A stretch of 64,000 bases of DNA, taken from positions 704,001 through 768,000 of the forward strand of contig CAVUQO010000003.1 of the NCBI GenBank assembly GCA_963743635.1. Direction: 5' to 3'. The notes beneath the pieces are model-generated. The model was not told the origin of the DNA and searched no databases. It was given only the letters and a program-made list of their open reading frames with translations. Made by a program: the position numbers and the translations under genes. Positions 10,255-21,193 of this stretch are shown here, piece after piece. How positions within the stretch are numbered: position 1 is the first letter of the stretch; every line of letters begins with the position of its first letter. The stretch is from Candidatus Babeliales bacterium. GTDB taxonomy: Bacteria > Babelota > Babeliae > Babelales > Vermiphilaceae.

Positions 10255-12249
10255 TCAATTGTATGATGTACCAACTTTGAACCATACACCCCATTGGCTG
10301 AGGGCTACGTTCGAGCAACAGTTGTTGCTTGAGCAAGTGTTGATTGAGCAATTGTTGTTGTAATAGCCAGTATTGCAACCGGTATTGCACGTTGTGTTGC
10401 AACCAGTGTTGCAGCTTGCTTCACAACAATCATTGTCGCGGCTTGAACCAAATTCAACTTCAGCACCTACGCCAACATAGGGAGTCCATTTACAATCTTT
10501 ATCACGATCAGCCCATGCCCAGTTCAAGTGAGTGAAGATTTTATTTGAGATACCACGGGTACCAGTCAAATTGAAATCACATTCACTAATCATCACCGGC
10601 TTTTCAGAGGTGTAGATTTGGGTGCTGTTTAATGGAAGATTAGTGATGGTACTAGTATCAGTATTTATGAAACCACCAAATGCAGCTGTTGGATTATCCC
10701 CATAGAAGTTGGTTGGGTTAGAATCGATGGTGTAGTTAGCGCCATTGCAAAGGTTTGAACCAGTATGGATATTTGCTTGGCTGTTAGTTGCAGGAATGCT
10801 CACTGCAAGACTGCCATCAAAACCATACACTCGTTGGTCGCCCTTTAGAGCCCATTTGCCAATCGGTTGTGCACAACAATCATCTTGGATGCACAAGTTT
10901 TCACAGCTTCTGCCCCAGAAGTTGTAACCAAGATCCCATTGGAAGTTGCCTGAGCGGTATGCAAGGGTGAACGCAAGGTCCCCTTGTGCGCCGATTGTTG
11001 AGCGTACTTCTCTGCGAGTAATGTTTGCAACGGGAGAGTATTGGTTGCCAAATTGAAGACCAAGGCTATCAGTAGTAGTGTTTAAAAGAGGTGTGCTATT
11101 GGTGTTTGAATTCAATAATTCTGCTAACATATAGCGGCTATTGCTGCCTGCTGAACACAGATCAAAGCAACGTGTTTGGTTTGCACCAAAAAGATGCGTT
11201 ATGTCTGCTTCAAGATACCAGCCAAAGCTCTTATCTCCATCTTCACTTTCCCACCAGCGATGATGCGCCGTTACTTGTGCGCCAAGTTCCCAATGCTTAC
11301 CGTTACCCACGATAGGTTGGAATAAATAGCGTCCTTCGCCATTGCAATCATCAGTGCCTACGCGCGTACCAGTTGGTGCAGCAACGTAGATACCGATACC
11401 AACGTGATATTTGCCATCTTCATCATTCAAGAAGTTGTAACCAAGGATAAAGCGAAGTTCGGCAAAACCATTTGCGCTTGCGCCGCCGCATTCGCAATCA
11501 TTGCTGATTTTGCTGCAGCAGAGTGAGTTCCAAGTAATGCTACCCAGTGGAGAACAATCTTCGTCGTCTAGGCAGTAAGTTTGAAGACCATAAGTGTTAT
11601 CATTATTAATTGATGGAACGCAACCGTTAGTATAATTCAAGAATTTGGTATTCAGGTTTGCAACCGGAACTGTGTTGCTTGAGAAGTAACCTTGGAAATA
11701 TCCCATTGATCCTGCATTGCTTACACATTCTTCTGCATTTAAATTCCAGCGTGTGTGTACATAAGGACCATAGATCTTGAAGTAAAGACCATCAACCCAG
11801 TTATCAAGGCCAGCATAGAAACTAAAATCTAAAATGTAGTTGGTGATGCTTGGTTTGAAAGTGACAGTACTTTGAAAATCCATTGGGAGTCCGAAATAAT
11901 CAGCCAACCATGCATTGTTTGGTCTGCTTGGTACTGCAGAACCGCTGATTTGAATTGCCGATGCATCATCGCATACGCCGCAAATTAAATCATTACCGAA
12001 GAATGCATAGGCCAGGCTATTATCTCTGAAGGTGCGTGAATATTCAAATGCGAGATTGAGGCTTGCATACCATTTATCTTCAGGTTTGCGATTGATACCC
12101 CAGTTCACGTCATCCCAACCAACTATTTGGCGAGCTGCGTTAAAACTTTGCGAGCGAGGAACGATATTTGTGGTCGTGCCATTACCCATGAGGGTTACTG
12201 TGCTGATGAGCGCAGTGAGGCACATTAATTTTTTACTGAGATGATTCAT
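10255..12249 (-). CDS. Cys-rich OMP-like paralog 5
   Basis: 664 aa, same motifs, CNTG repeats. Confidence 0.85.
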   Translation of the reverse strand: MNHLSKKLMCLTALISTVTLMGNGTTTNIVPRSQSFNAARQIVGWDDVNWGINRKPEDKWYASLNLAFEYSRTFRDNSLAYAFFGNDLICGVCDDASAIQISGSAVPSRPNNAWLADYFGLPMDFQSTVTFKPSITNYILDFSFYAGLDNWVDGLYFKIYGPYVHTRWNLNAEECVSNAGSMGYFQGYFSSNTVPVANLNTKFLNYTNGCVPSINNDNTYGLQTYCLDDEDCSPLGSITWNSLCCSKISNDCECGGASANGFAELRFILGYNFLNDEDGKYHVGIGIYVAAPTGTRVGTDDCNGEGRYLFQPIVGNGKHWELGAQVTAHHRWWESEDGDKSFGWYLEADITHLFGANQTRCFDLCSAGSNSRYMLAELLNSNTNSTPLLNTTTDSLGLQFGNQYSPVANITRREVRSTIGAQGDLAFTLAYRSGNFQWDLGYNFWGRSCENLCIQDDCCAQPIGKWALKGDQRVYGFDGSLAVSIPATNSQANIHTGSNLCNGANYTIDSNPTNFYGDNPTAAFGGFINTDTSTITNLPLNSTQIYTSEKPVMISECDFNLTGTRGISNKIFTHLNWAWADRDKDCKWTPYVGVGAEVEFGSSRDNDCCEASCNTGCNTTCNTGCNTGYYNNNCSINTCSSNNCCSNVALSQWGVWFKVGTSYN

Positions 12250-12588
12250 AAGAATAACTCCTTTTAGTATGAAAACATGTTAGGGAATTGGTAACAGATG
12301 TTACGCAGTTGAAATTGAGTACGTGTTACTCGATAGGGTCTCCTTTCTTTTTTTTTAATAATTTTTTATTACAAATGTCATTGACCCATACACTACTATC
12401 TTTGAATTTTTTTTTCTAGAGTTTTTAAAATTTTCTTGATCTGATCGCTCATCCGAGAGGTGAAAGTGTTGTAAGTAAGGGAATAATCGGCTCAGGCGAA
12501 TTTTTATTTTTGCTATGATTGATCTACTGCGGCGGTTGGAGGAGTCGATTTTTTTGATTTTTGATCATGAATGAAGTTTGAAGAGAAT

Positions 12589-12627
12589 AAAAAAGAAGGC
12601 CTCTTGCAATTACAAGAGGCCTTCTTT
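12589..12627 (-). terminator. Rho-independent terminator
   Basis: AAAGAAGGCCTCTTG/CAAGAGGCCTTCTTT stem. Confidence 0.85.
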
Positions 12628-12650
12628 AAATATGATATTGATCGGACAAG

Positions 12651-14495
12651 TTAGTTGAACGTGAATCCACCTTTAACCCATACTCCCCAGAAACAAGTGC
12701 TGCATTCAACGCATTCGCCGCAACATGCAGATCCAGTGGGTGGTACTTGTGGAACGATTGGATTTCTATTTTCGCAACCTTTCTTGCCAAATTCTACTTC
12801 GCCACCGACGCCAAGATAGGGAGTCCAATCTTCACATTCGAGCCATGAATAGCTGACGTGTGTGAAAAATTTATTTGATAATCCTTTGGTGCCACTCAAA
12901 TCAAGATCGCATTCCTTGATAAAGATTGGTTGGATTGAAGTGCTGGTTTGATTATACGGATATATATCGGGAGGCGTCATATTTGCTGCATATAATGGAT
13001 TATTTGCGCCCATATCTGCATAGTCACCGGTTGCCTTTAATGCGTTATCTACCATTGAGTTTAAACCATCGAGCGATCCATTGGTTCCTTCATGGATAGT
13101 GGCATAGCGTTCGGTAGCAGAGAGCGCAATGGGCCCTGTGGCATAACTATCATCAAAGCCAAACACGAATGCATCACCCTTGAGCGCCCACGTTCTGCCA
13201 TTCAGATTATCAGGTGCGCAGCCTTCACGCAGTGAGATTTTTTCGCACGTGACTCCCCAAAAATCGTATCCGATATCAAAAGAGAAATTATTCGAAATGC
13301 AAGTGATGGCAACGAGTGCATCAGCTTGAACGCCGACCGCTACGGAAACATCTGCTTGGGTAATGTTCGCAACCGGAGAATATTGTTGTTTGAATTGATA
13401 CATTGCTGGTGTTGAGTATCCGGTAACAGGATCTTCACCGCCTAAATTATTAAACACGGGCACTGCTAATTTTTCAGCAAGCATGTAGCGGCTGTTCGGT
13501 TGTCCGCACAAATCAAAACAGCGTGTTTGATGCGCATTAAACATATGAGTAATGTTAGCAACAATTTGTATTGATGCATGGCTATGATCATCCATGCTAT
13601 GCCAGAATGTATATGCGCCGGTTAGGTTGCCACCAACTTCCCAATGTTTTCCGTTACCTACAATTGGTTTGAAAAGGTAGCTTGCATTAGGTCGTGTGCC
13701 GGTTGGGGCTGCAATACGCAGGCCAATTGAGCAGTGGTATTCATCAGAATTGGTAACTGAATAACCAAGAATTCCTTGTATTTCAGCAACGCCGGTTTCG
13801 GTTTGAGGTCCACAGTCAGTTGGGAAGCGTGAGCAGGCAAGCTCATCAAATTGCACATTGTTGTTGAGTGCTGGTTTGTTGCCTTTCATATAAGAAGTAA
13901 CGCTTTGAAGCATATTGTTGGGCGTCACTACTGATGGAGTGAAATAACCTGCAGGATAGAATCCATCATTGCTTCCACTATTGCGTACAATTTCCTTAAA
14001 CCGCAGATCCCAGCGTGTGTGGACGACCGGTATATGGAATCTAAAGAAAAGCCCGGGAACGAATTCATCAAAGCCAAAGAAGAAATTGAAATCAAGAATA
14101 TAATTATCAATAAAAGGATCAAATTGGAGTGTGCTTTGAAAATCGGTAGGAAGACCAAAATAGTCAGCGAGCCAATCACGCGACCCACGATTTTCGACGC
14201 TGCTGCCGGATACATTGATGAAACCACCGCAATCATTAAATCCGACTAAACTATTTTGAAATAGGCATTGTGTTATATCATTTGGTCTGAACGAGCGACT
14301 ATATTCGAAGGTTACGTTTGCGCTGCCATAAAGTTTGTCTTGATCTGGTATAAATATGTATTGTTGCCATCCGACATATTCACGTGCAGCGTTTTCGCTT
14401 TGTGATCGGATGGAATAGTATGTTACGGCATGAGCAGTCTGGAAACCGATCATAAGCAATGAAATACTAATAAGGGTGCGTGCTTGATGTGTCAT
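12651..14495 (-). CDS. Cys-rich OMP-like paralog 6 (more divergent)
   Basis: 614 aa; RSQS, WLADYFGLP, GNGKHWEVG; ends WGVWVKGGFTFN. Confidence 0.85.
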   Translation of the reverse strand: MTHQARTLISISLLMIGFQTAHAVTYYSIRSQSENAAREYVGWQQYIFIPDQDKLYGSANVTFEYSRSFRPNDITQCLFQNSLVGFNDCGGFINVSGSSVENRGSRDWLADYFGLPTDFQSTLQFDPFIDNYILDFNFFFGFDEFVPGLFFRFHIPVVHTRWDLRFKEIVRNSGSNDGFYPAGYFTPSVVTPNNMLQSVTSYMKGNKPALNNNVQFDELACSRFPTDCGPQTETGVAEIQGILGYSVTNSDEYHCSIGLRIAAPTGTRPNASYLFKPIVGNGKHWEVGGNLTGAYTFWHSMDDHSHASIQIVANITHMFNAHQTRCFDLCGQPNSRYMLAEKLAVPVFNNLGGEDPVTGYSTPAMYQFKQQYSPVANITQADVSVAVGVQADALVAITCISNNFSFDIGYDFWGVTCEKISLREGCAPDNLNGRTWALKGDAFVFGFDDSYATGPIALSATERYATIHEGTNGSLDGLNSMVDNALKATGDYADMGANNPLYAANMTPPDIYPYNQTSTSIQPIFIKECDLDLSGTKGLSNKFFTHVSYSWLECEDWTPYLGVGGEVEFGKKGCENRNPIVPQVPPTGSACCGECVECSTCFWGVWVKGGFTFN

Positions 14496-14632
14496 GAAAT
14501 AACTCCCGTTTTATTTAAAATGACTGGTGTCTGTAATCGACGTAATGTGTGAGCCATAGTATACTAGTAGCTACTTTTGGTTGTAAAGCAAAAAAAATGT
14601 ACACAATGCTATAGAGGCATGAATGAACGCGT

Positions 14633-15451
14633 ATGAGTAATCTTGCATGGTACACTCTCATGAGTATACAAATCATTGCTGAAAGTTTGCCCATTAGCAG
14701 TTCAGGGCATGTAGCATTAGTCGCTATGATAGCTGGTTTTTCAGCACAAGACTTAGTGTCAGTAGTGCATATGAATGGATCATGGTTATCGCAACAACTC
14801 ATGGCGCGCAGTATCGATTATTTTTTGCACGGACCAACGTGTATCATTGTAGCATTATTTTTTTATGATCGATGGATGGCATTGCTCAAGGCATGGCGCA
14901 AAACATGGCCGACCATCAGCACACTCATTTTTTATGTTGCCATTGCGGATATTATTACAGGATTATTTTTTGTGGGCTTCCGGTGTCTGCCGGTTTCATC
15001 TTTTCCGCTCGGATTGGGATTTTTAATCACGGCACTTATGTTGAGTTCGCTTTTCTATTGTAAGAGAGATGGAGAATCACTTACGATATCTAAAATGTTA
15101 GTACTTGGTATCGTGCAAGGGTTTGCATTGTTGCCGGGTATTTCTCGATTTGCCTCTACCTACACCGCTGCGCGATGGCTTGCGTTATCCCCACGGCATG
15201 CACTCGAAACCGCATGGATGATTCAGATGCCTTTGATGGTGGTGAGCTTCCTGTATAGTCTTATTGTATTTTGGCAAATCGGCATTCCTGATCAACTATT
15301 GAATATGGAAAGTGCATTCGTTATGATGGGTGCAAGTATTGGTGGGTGGTACGCGCTGCGGTTTGCAGCGTATGTAAGCTCCCGTAAAAAAATGTGGTGG
15401 TTTGCATGCTATATGATAGTCCCTCTGATACTGTGGGTACTATTCAAATAA
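14633..15451 (+). CDS. uppP: Undecaprenyl-diphosphate phosphatase (BacA family)
   Basis: ESLPISSSGH and LPGISR motifs, multiple TM segments. Confidence 0.9.
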   Translation: MSNLAWYTLMSIQIIAESLPISSSGHVALVAMIAGFSAQDLVSVVHMNGSWLSQQLMARSIDYFLHGPTCIIVALFFYDRWMALLKAWRKTWPTISTLIFYVAIADIITGLFFVGFRCLPVSSFPLGLGFLITALMLSSLFYCKRDGESLTISKMLVLGIVQGFALLPGISRFASTYTAARWLALSPRHALETAWMIQMPLMVVSFLYSLIVFWQIGIPDQLLNMESAFVMMGASIGGWYALRFAAYVSSRKKMWWFACYMIVPLILWVLFK

Positions 15452-15474
15452 AGCAGGTTATGGAGATACGAAAG

Positions 15475-17861
15475 ATGAAGCCAGAATATCCAAAGAAACG
15501 TTACGTAATGTCCCATTTTTTCATGCGAGAGATACTGATTCTCGTTCTTGGCGCAGTATCTCTTTTTTTATTGTGCTCTCTGATCACGCATCGCGCGACT
15601 GATAGTAGTTGGTTCTATTACAATAGTGCGCAGCATTCGGTTCGCAATCTCTGCGGAGTAGTGGGTGCTAATTGTGCTGCAGTATTGATTTATTTATTTG
15701 GGGCATCTGCATTGTGGATAGTTGGTCTTATGTTTTTTGCCTGTTTTTTATTGGTGCACCAACGCTCCATTGAGGATGAATGGGAGCGATTGGCTGCATT
15801 TGGTTTATTGATTACCGTGAGTAGTTCGCTATCACATGCATATTATTTTGATTTTTTGGGCAGTGCCGTGCCTGGTGGTTTTATTGGATTGCATACCTAT
15901 ACTTTTTTGTATACATGGCTTGATGGCTTTGGGGCTGCGCTCTTTTTATATACGATGCTTGCCATCAGTATTATTCTGCTTGGGCGATTTTCTTTTGCAC
16001 AAGTAAGTTCTGCAACGCAGGCAGTTGGAACCTTTGTAATGAGTAAAGATCGTTGTTGGATTCCGTTATATCGCGGAGCAACGAGCGCTGTCTATTATGG
16101 CGCAAAGCCATTGCGTATGATTGGGGCATATAGTTATAGATTTTTAAATGGTTCATTGCTTGGTGAACCTGCACAAGCGGCAGTAAATGAAGAATATCGA
16201 GCATTTGAAGAATTGTTATATAGCGCAAAGCGTCAGGAGCAGGAATCGGGAGCAGCGTCACATGCGATGCATAATCGCATGGCGCACCAGAACTGAGATG
16301 ACTTCAGCCTCAGCAAGAAATGCCTGCGGCTGAACATATTGCAATGCAAGATCATGCACCGCAATCAGAATCATCACCAACGCCAATCCGTCATGAGCAT
16401 ACAGTCTATGAGGAGTTGGATATCCCTCTGAATCATGAGCAACAATTATCAAAAGAAAAGGCAATATCGTTTACCAGCGCTTGACATTTTTATCGGTGTA
16501 CAAGATGAGCGGGACGATGAGCGGTTGATGCAAGATTTACAAAAATCAGCACTGATATTAGAAGAAAAATTGGAACGGTTTGGTGTCGCAGGCAAAGTGC
16601 AATCGATTAAACGTGGGCCCGTGGTTACATTATTTGAATATCAGCCAGATATTGACTCTAAAATCAGTAAAATCATTGCGCTTGAAGATGATTTGGCTAT
16701 GGCATTGCAGGCATTAAGCATTCGTATTATTGCTCCAATTCCGGGAAGATCAGTAGTCGGATTTGAAGTGGCTAATAGAGAGCGTAAAAATGTATCATTT
16801 GCTGATGTAGTTCATTCACAAGCATTTACGCAATGCAGTGATTCACTGCCATTAGTGCTTGGGTAAAGATACGATTGGCAACAATGTTGTGGTTGATCTT
16901 GCACGTATGCCGCATCTTTTAATTGCCGGGTCAACCGGTTCAGGAAAATCGGTTGCACTCAATGGGATGTTGGTTAGCTTGTTATGCAAGAAAACGCCGG
17001 ACGAATTGCGGATGGTACTCATTGATCCTAAACGATTAGAGTTTGCATCATATGCAGATATTCCCCATTTATTGGTGCCGATTGTTACAGATCCACGAAA
17101 AGTGCACTCCCATTTTAAAATGGGTGGTCAGACAAATGGAAGAGCGCTATGAGCGCATGGCCGCATGTGGAGTGCGCAATATTCAAGATTATAACGAACG
17201 TATGCAGCGGCATCCTGAATATGAAAAAATTCCCTTTATTGTCGTAGTCATTGATGAGCTTGCTGATTTGATGATGACGTCTGGACGAGAAGTGGAAGAT
17301 CTTATTACGCGTATTGCACAAATGGCGCGTGCGGCAGGGATTCATTTAATTGTTGCAACGCAACGTCCATCGGTTGACGTTATTACTGGACTTATTAAAG
17401 TGAATTTTCCGAGCAGAATTTCATTTAGAGTTACTTCAAAAATTGATTCGCGTACTATTCTTGATGCAAATGGCGCAGATAAATTATTGGGGCGTGGAGA
17501 CATGCTTTTCCTTGGTTCAAGCGATGCATTGTTGCGCCGCATACATGGTGCCTATGTGTCAGATAAAGAGATAGAACATTTAGTTGCGTATGTGCGTGCA
17601 GAGCGTCCTGTGCGGTATCTTGATCTGCAAGAAATTATTGCGCAGAGTGATGAAGCAACACTGAATGATGCGGATGATGAATTGTTAGGACAAGTAATTG
17701 CATTCCTCGATGAAGTGGACGAAGTTTCCATTTCGCTCATTCAGAGGCGCTTTCGCATTGGTTACAATCGTTCAGCGCGTATCATTGATCTGCTTGAATC
17801 GCGCGGTATGATTTCATCACCAGATGGAGGAAAAACACGCAAAGTAATTCGGGTAAATTAA
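15475..17861 (+). CDS. ftsK: DNA translocase FtsK (frameshifted, likely sequencing errors)
   Basis: N-terminal 4-TM domain, [34 protein letters not shown] and gamma domain IGYNRSAR spread over four ORF pieces. Confidence 0.92.
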
Positions 17862-17984
17862 TCTTAAAACAACGTGCAGAAGGGCTTTCTGCATTTTGTT
17901 GCTTGACAAATGGAGAAAAAATAGTCATTTTTTCTCCATCGGTAATAATTATACATCTACAGGTATCATAGACGAAAAACGGAG

Positions 17985-19388
17985 ATGTCAATGCGTTTTG
18001 ATGAGCATTTCTTACATGGAGCATTAGCGGATGCAGTCCTTATTGATAATCACTTTCCCCAAGATGTGCTGTTTGCAATAGACACGCGCAATCTTGAGGC
18101 GGGTGATATTTTTATTGCATTAAGCGGTTCAACAACAGATGGTCATTGCTTTATAGAAGATGCTTTAAAAAAAGGTGCGGCAGGAATAATGCTTGCCCTT
18201 GATAAACAAACATTGCTGAAAAGCATTGACGAATCATTACTTAAAAAAAAATTAATCATTGCAGTTCCCGATACATTACAAGCGTTAATTCGTCTTGCTA
18301 TGGCGTGGCGCGATCAATACATTATTCCCGTGATCGGTATTACTGGCTCGGTTGGTAAGACATCAACCAAAGAGATGCTCATTAATATTTGTAAAGCAGC
18401 TGGCATAGAGTATCTTGCATCGCGTGGCAATGAAAATACTAAGATTGGTTTATCATTAAATATCTTGCGCATGCGTAAAAAGCATCAAGTGGCTATTTTT
18501 GAAATGGGAATTAGTAAGCGGGGCGAAATGGCAGAACTTGCACGCATACTGCGTCCTACCAGCGCTGTGATTACCACCATTGGCCATTGCCATATGGAAG
18601 GCCTTGGCTCCTTGGCAGATATCGTTGTTGAGAAGAGATCTATTTTTAAATATTTCAACGAAGAAAGTATTGGTATCATTAATGGTGATATTCCGATGCT
18701 TGCAGATGTTGGCTATGTGCATCCTGTTATTAAGTTCGGTTCAAAAACAACGAATCAAATTCAAGCCAGAAAAATCACCGTTAAAGATGGTAAATTGTCA
18801 TGTGTGATCAGACTCTACAAAGAGCGATATCCCGTGATGTTGCCCTATGCGAATGAGGGAATGATCACCAATGCACTTGCTGCGGCAGCCACCGCACATT
18901 TGATTGGTATTTCTGCAGCGCATATTATTAAGGGCATTCAGGAGCCACTCTTTATTCCCGGTAGATTCGAACAGCGTCCATTGCTCAATAAAAAGGGCAT
19001 TATTATTCATGATGCCTATAATGCAAATCCAGAAAGCATGAAAGCATCATTGCTGGCTTTTGAGACTATGCGCACTAAAGGGCGCAAGGTTGCGATTCTT
19101 GGCGATATGTTAGAATTAGGGGCAAATAGCCCGTTTTGGCATCGCCAGTTAGGGCGATTTATTCGCAAGGTCCCGTCACTTAATCATATTATTTTAGTTG
19201 GTTCTTTGGTACAATGGACTCATAAAACATTGCCAGTAGGGGTTACCGCTGAAATAGTGCCTGATTGGCAAGCGGCGGTAGATGCCCTGAATAAACAGTT
19301 AGATCAAGACATGCTTGTACTCGTTAAAGGATCACGCGGGATGAAACTTAATAATCTTGTGGATACCCTAACAAAGCAGGCAGCCTAA
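17985..19388 (+). CDS. murF: UDP-N-acetylmuramoyl-tripeptide--D-Ala-D-Ala ligase
   Basis: GITGSVGKTSTKE, DAYNANPESM, LGDMLELG, KGSRGM. Confidence 0.95.
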   Translation: MSMRFDEHFLHGALADAVLIDNHFPQDVLFAIDTRNLEAGDIFIALSGSTTDGHCFIEDALKKGAAGIMLALDKQTLLKSIDESLLKKKLIIAVPDTLQALIRLAMAWRDQYIIPVIGITGSVGKTSTKEMLINICKAAGIEYLASRGNENTKIGLSLNILRMRKKHQVAIFEMGISKRGEMAELARILRPTSAVITTIGHCHMEGLGSLADIVVEKRSIFKYFNEESIGIINGDIPMLADVGYVHPVIKFGSKTTNQIQARKITVKDGKLSCVIRLYKERYPVMLPYANEGMITNALAAAATAHLIGISAAHIIKGIQEPLFIPGRFEQRPLLNKKGIIIHDAYNANPESMKASLLAFETMRTKGRKVAILGDMLELGANSPFWHRQLGRFIRKVPSLNHIILVGSLVQWTHKTLPVGVTAEIVPDWQAAVDALNKQLDQDMLVLVKGSRGMKLNNLVDTLTKQAA

Positions 19389-19394
19389 GGGTAT

Positions 19395-20315
19395 ATGGAA
19401 CAATCAGAATCTTTGGTATATCACAAGCCGGTACTTATGAGCGAGGTACTCGAATATCTCGCAATAAAGCCGGGTAAAACCTATGTGGACGTCACATTTG
19501 GAACGGGCGGTCATACGCGTGCTATTCTTGAAAAGGAACCGACCTGCTCCGTCATAGCGATTGACTGGGATGCGGACGAGCTGGAACGCTATGGTGGACC
19601 CCTTAAAGAAGAGTTTGGGGATCGGTTAACGTTAGTCTGGGGCAATTTTGCACTCCTTTATAAGTTATTGAAGAAAGCGGGTGCGCCAACAGTTGACGGT
19701 ATTTTAGCAGATTTTGGAACTTCCCAAATTCAAATCGCTGAACGTCATGGCGTATCATTTTCTCGGGATACCCCCCTTGATATGCGGTTATCGCCGGCAC
19801 ACTTTCAGGAAACAGCGGCGGACGTTGTAAACAAGATGCCGGAGAAAGACTTCAGGGAGCTTTTTTGGGAGCTTGGGGAAGAGCAATATGCACGTCCGAT
19901 AGCGCGCGCGATTGTGGCAGCTCGTGAAAAAAAACGAATAGAAACAACCGGACAATTAGTTGAAATTATCAAAAAAGCGATGCCAATAGCGGTCAAGAAA
20001 CGAAACACCCATCCTGCGACTAAAGTGTTTCAGGCCTTGCGGGTTTACGTGAATAAAGAGCTTGAAAATATGCAGTCATTTTTGGTGGCAGCCATCCGGG
20101 CTTTAAAACCGCAGGCTCGATTGGTATGCATTAGTTTCCATTCTCTTGAAGATCGCCAGGTTAAGCAGTTTTTTAAAGATCAGGAACGCTTGCTGACGCT
20201 TGATATTATTACTCCTAAGGTAGTTCGGGCGACCCCAGAAGAAGTTGCCCTGAATCCTTCCTCACGTTCAGCTTGCTTGCGAGTAGCGCAGAAAAAATAT
20301 AAAAGGGATCTATAA
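19395..20315 (+). CDS. rsmH: 16S rRNA m4C1402 methyltransferase
   Basis: HKPVL, DVTFGTGGH, HPATKVFQALR, ISFHSLEDR, NPSSRSA. Confidence 0.95.
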   Translation: MEQSESLVYHKPVLMSEVLEYLAIKPGKTYVDVTFGTGGHTRAILEKEPTCSVIAIDWDADELERYGGPLKEEFGDRLTLVWGNFALLYKLLKKAGAPTVDGILADFGTSQIQIAERHGVSFSRDTPLDMRLSPAHFQETAADVVNKMPEKDFRELFWELGEEQYARPIARAIVAAREKKRIETTGQLVEIIKKAMPIAVKKRNTHPATKVFQALRVYVNKELENMQSFLVAAIRALKPQARLVCISFHSLEDRQVKQFFKDQERLLTLDIITPKVVRATPEEVALNPSSRSACLRVAQKKYKRDL

Positions 20316-20415
20316 TTTGTTTGACAAAGACCCCTTATGCGATACACTAAAGGCATATGTTTCGGTAATGCCGATTTAAAGGAGAGATTACTCATATATC
20401 TCTTAAGGATGTGCG

Positions 20416-20706
20416 ATGGAGATTACAGAAGTAAAAGTTTATGCAGCAAAAGATAGTGGCCGTTTAAAAGCATACGCTACTATAGTCTTTGACAATAGCT
20501 TTATAATTAGAGATCTAAAGGTGATTGAAGGTGACAAAGGATTCTTTGTATCGATGCCATCACGTCGAAGAAAAGATGGCACGTTTAGAGATATCGTGCA
20601 TCCATTGAATTCTGAGACTCGAAAAAAGATCGAAGATAGAGTTGTTCAAGAATTCAAGAGCGTACAAGCTCGCGGGTTTGACACTCAGACCGAGTACGAC
20701 GAGTAA
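20416..20706 (+). CDS. spoVG: SpoVG family nucleic-acid-binding protein
   Basis: MEITEVKV...FVSMPSR...DIVHPLN. Confidence 0.93.
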   Translation: MEITEVKVYAAKDSGRLKAYATIVFDNSFIIRDLKVIEGDKGFFVSMPSRRRKDGTFRDIVHPLNSETRKKIEDRVVQEFKSVQARGFDTQTEYDE

Positions 20707-20749
20707 TTCACCAGAATAATTTCGTCAGTTAAATTAGATAAAATTTTAG

Positions 20750-20821
20750 TGGGGCGTGGCCAAGTGGTAAGGCACCAGGTTTTGGTCCTGGCATTCGGAG
20801 GTTCGAATCCTTCCGCCCCAG
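20750..20821 (+). tRNA. tRNA-Gln (anticodon TTG), CCA not encoded
   Basis: Acceptor TGGGGCG/CGCCCCA, anticodon arm CCAGG-TTTTGGT-CCTGG, T-loop GGTTCGAATCC. Confidence 0.95.
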
Positions 20822-21193
20822 CATTCCTGCGTCAAGGCTACGGCTGGGCGCGATCAGATCTGCCTGAAATTACGGCTGATCTATATAGGGAGGGTTCCTG
20901 AGGCAATTTTACATTTTGTTGTTAACGCTCTGTTAGCAACGTTTCACGAAAAACAGTCTGTTTATAATCCGTGAATATGCACCTCTTACAGTGCATGTCT
21001 TTGTGGCACGTCGTTTATAATGGTTTTTTGTTAATTATATGCTATAATAACGAATATATTTCCCCCTAACGTTTCAATCCAATCGAGCTTATTTTTTAAA
21101 AAGTGTTGTTGTTCAATATAAAGTATTACCTACTTTTTCTCATTGGCGCGCCATTTTTTAGGAGAAGCCCATTTTCTTATCTAAGGAGCAACG

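Noticed and set aside
15475..17861. Programmed frameshifting or pseudogenisation of ftsK
   Set aside because: Similar single-base indels hit dnaK, rny, the EamA gene and the WD40 gene, so sequencing/assembly error is the simplest explanation
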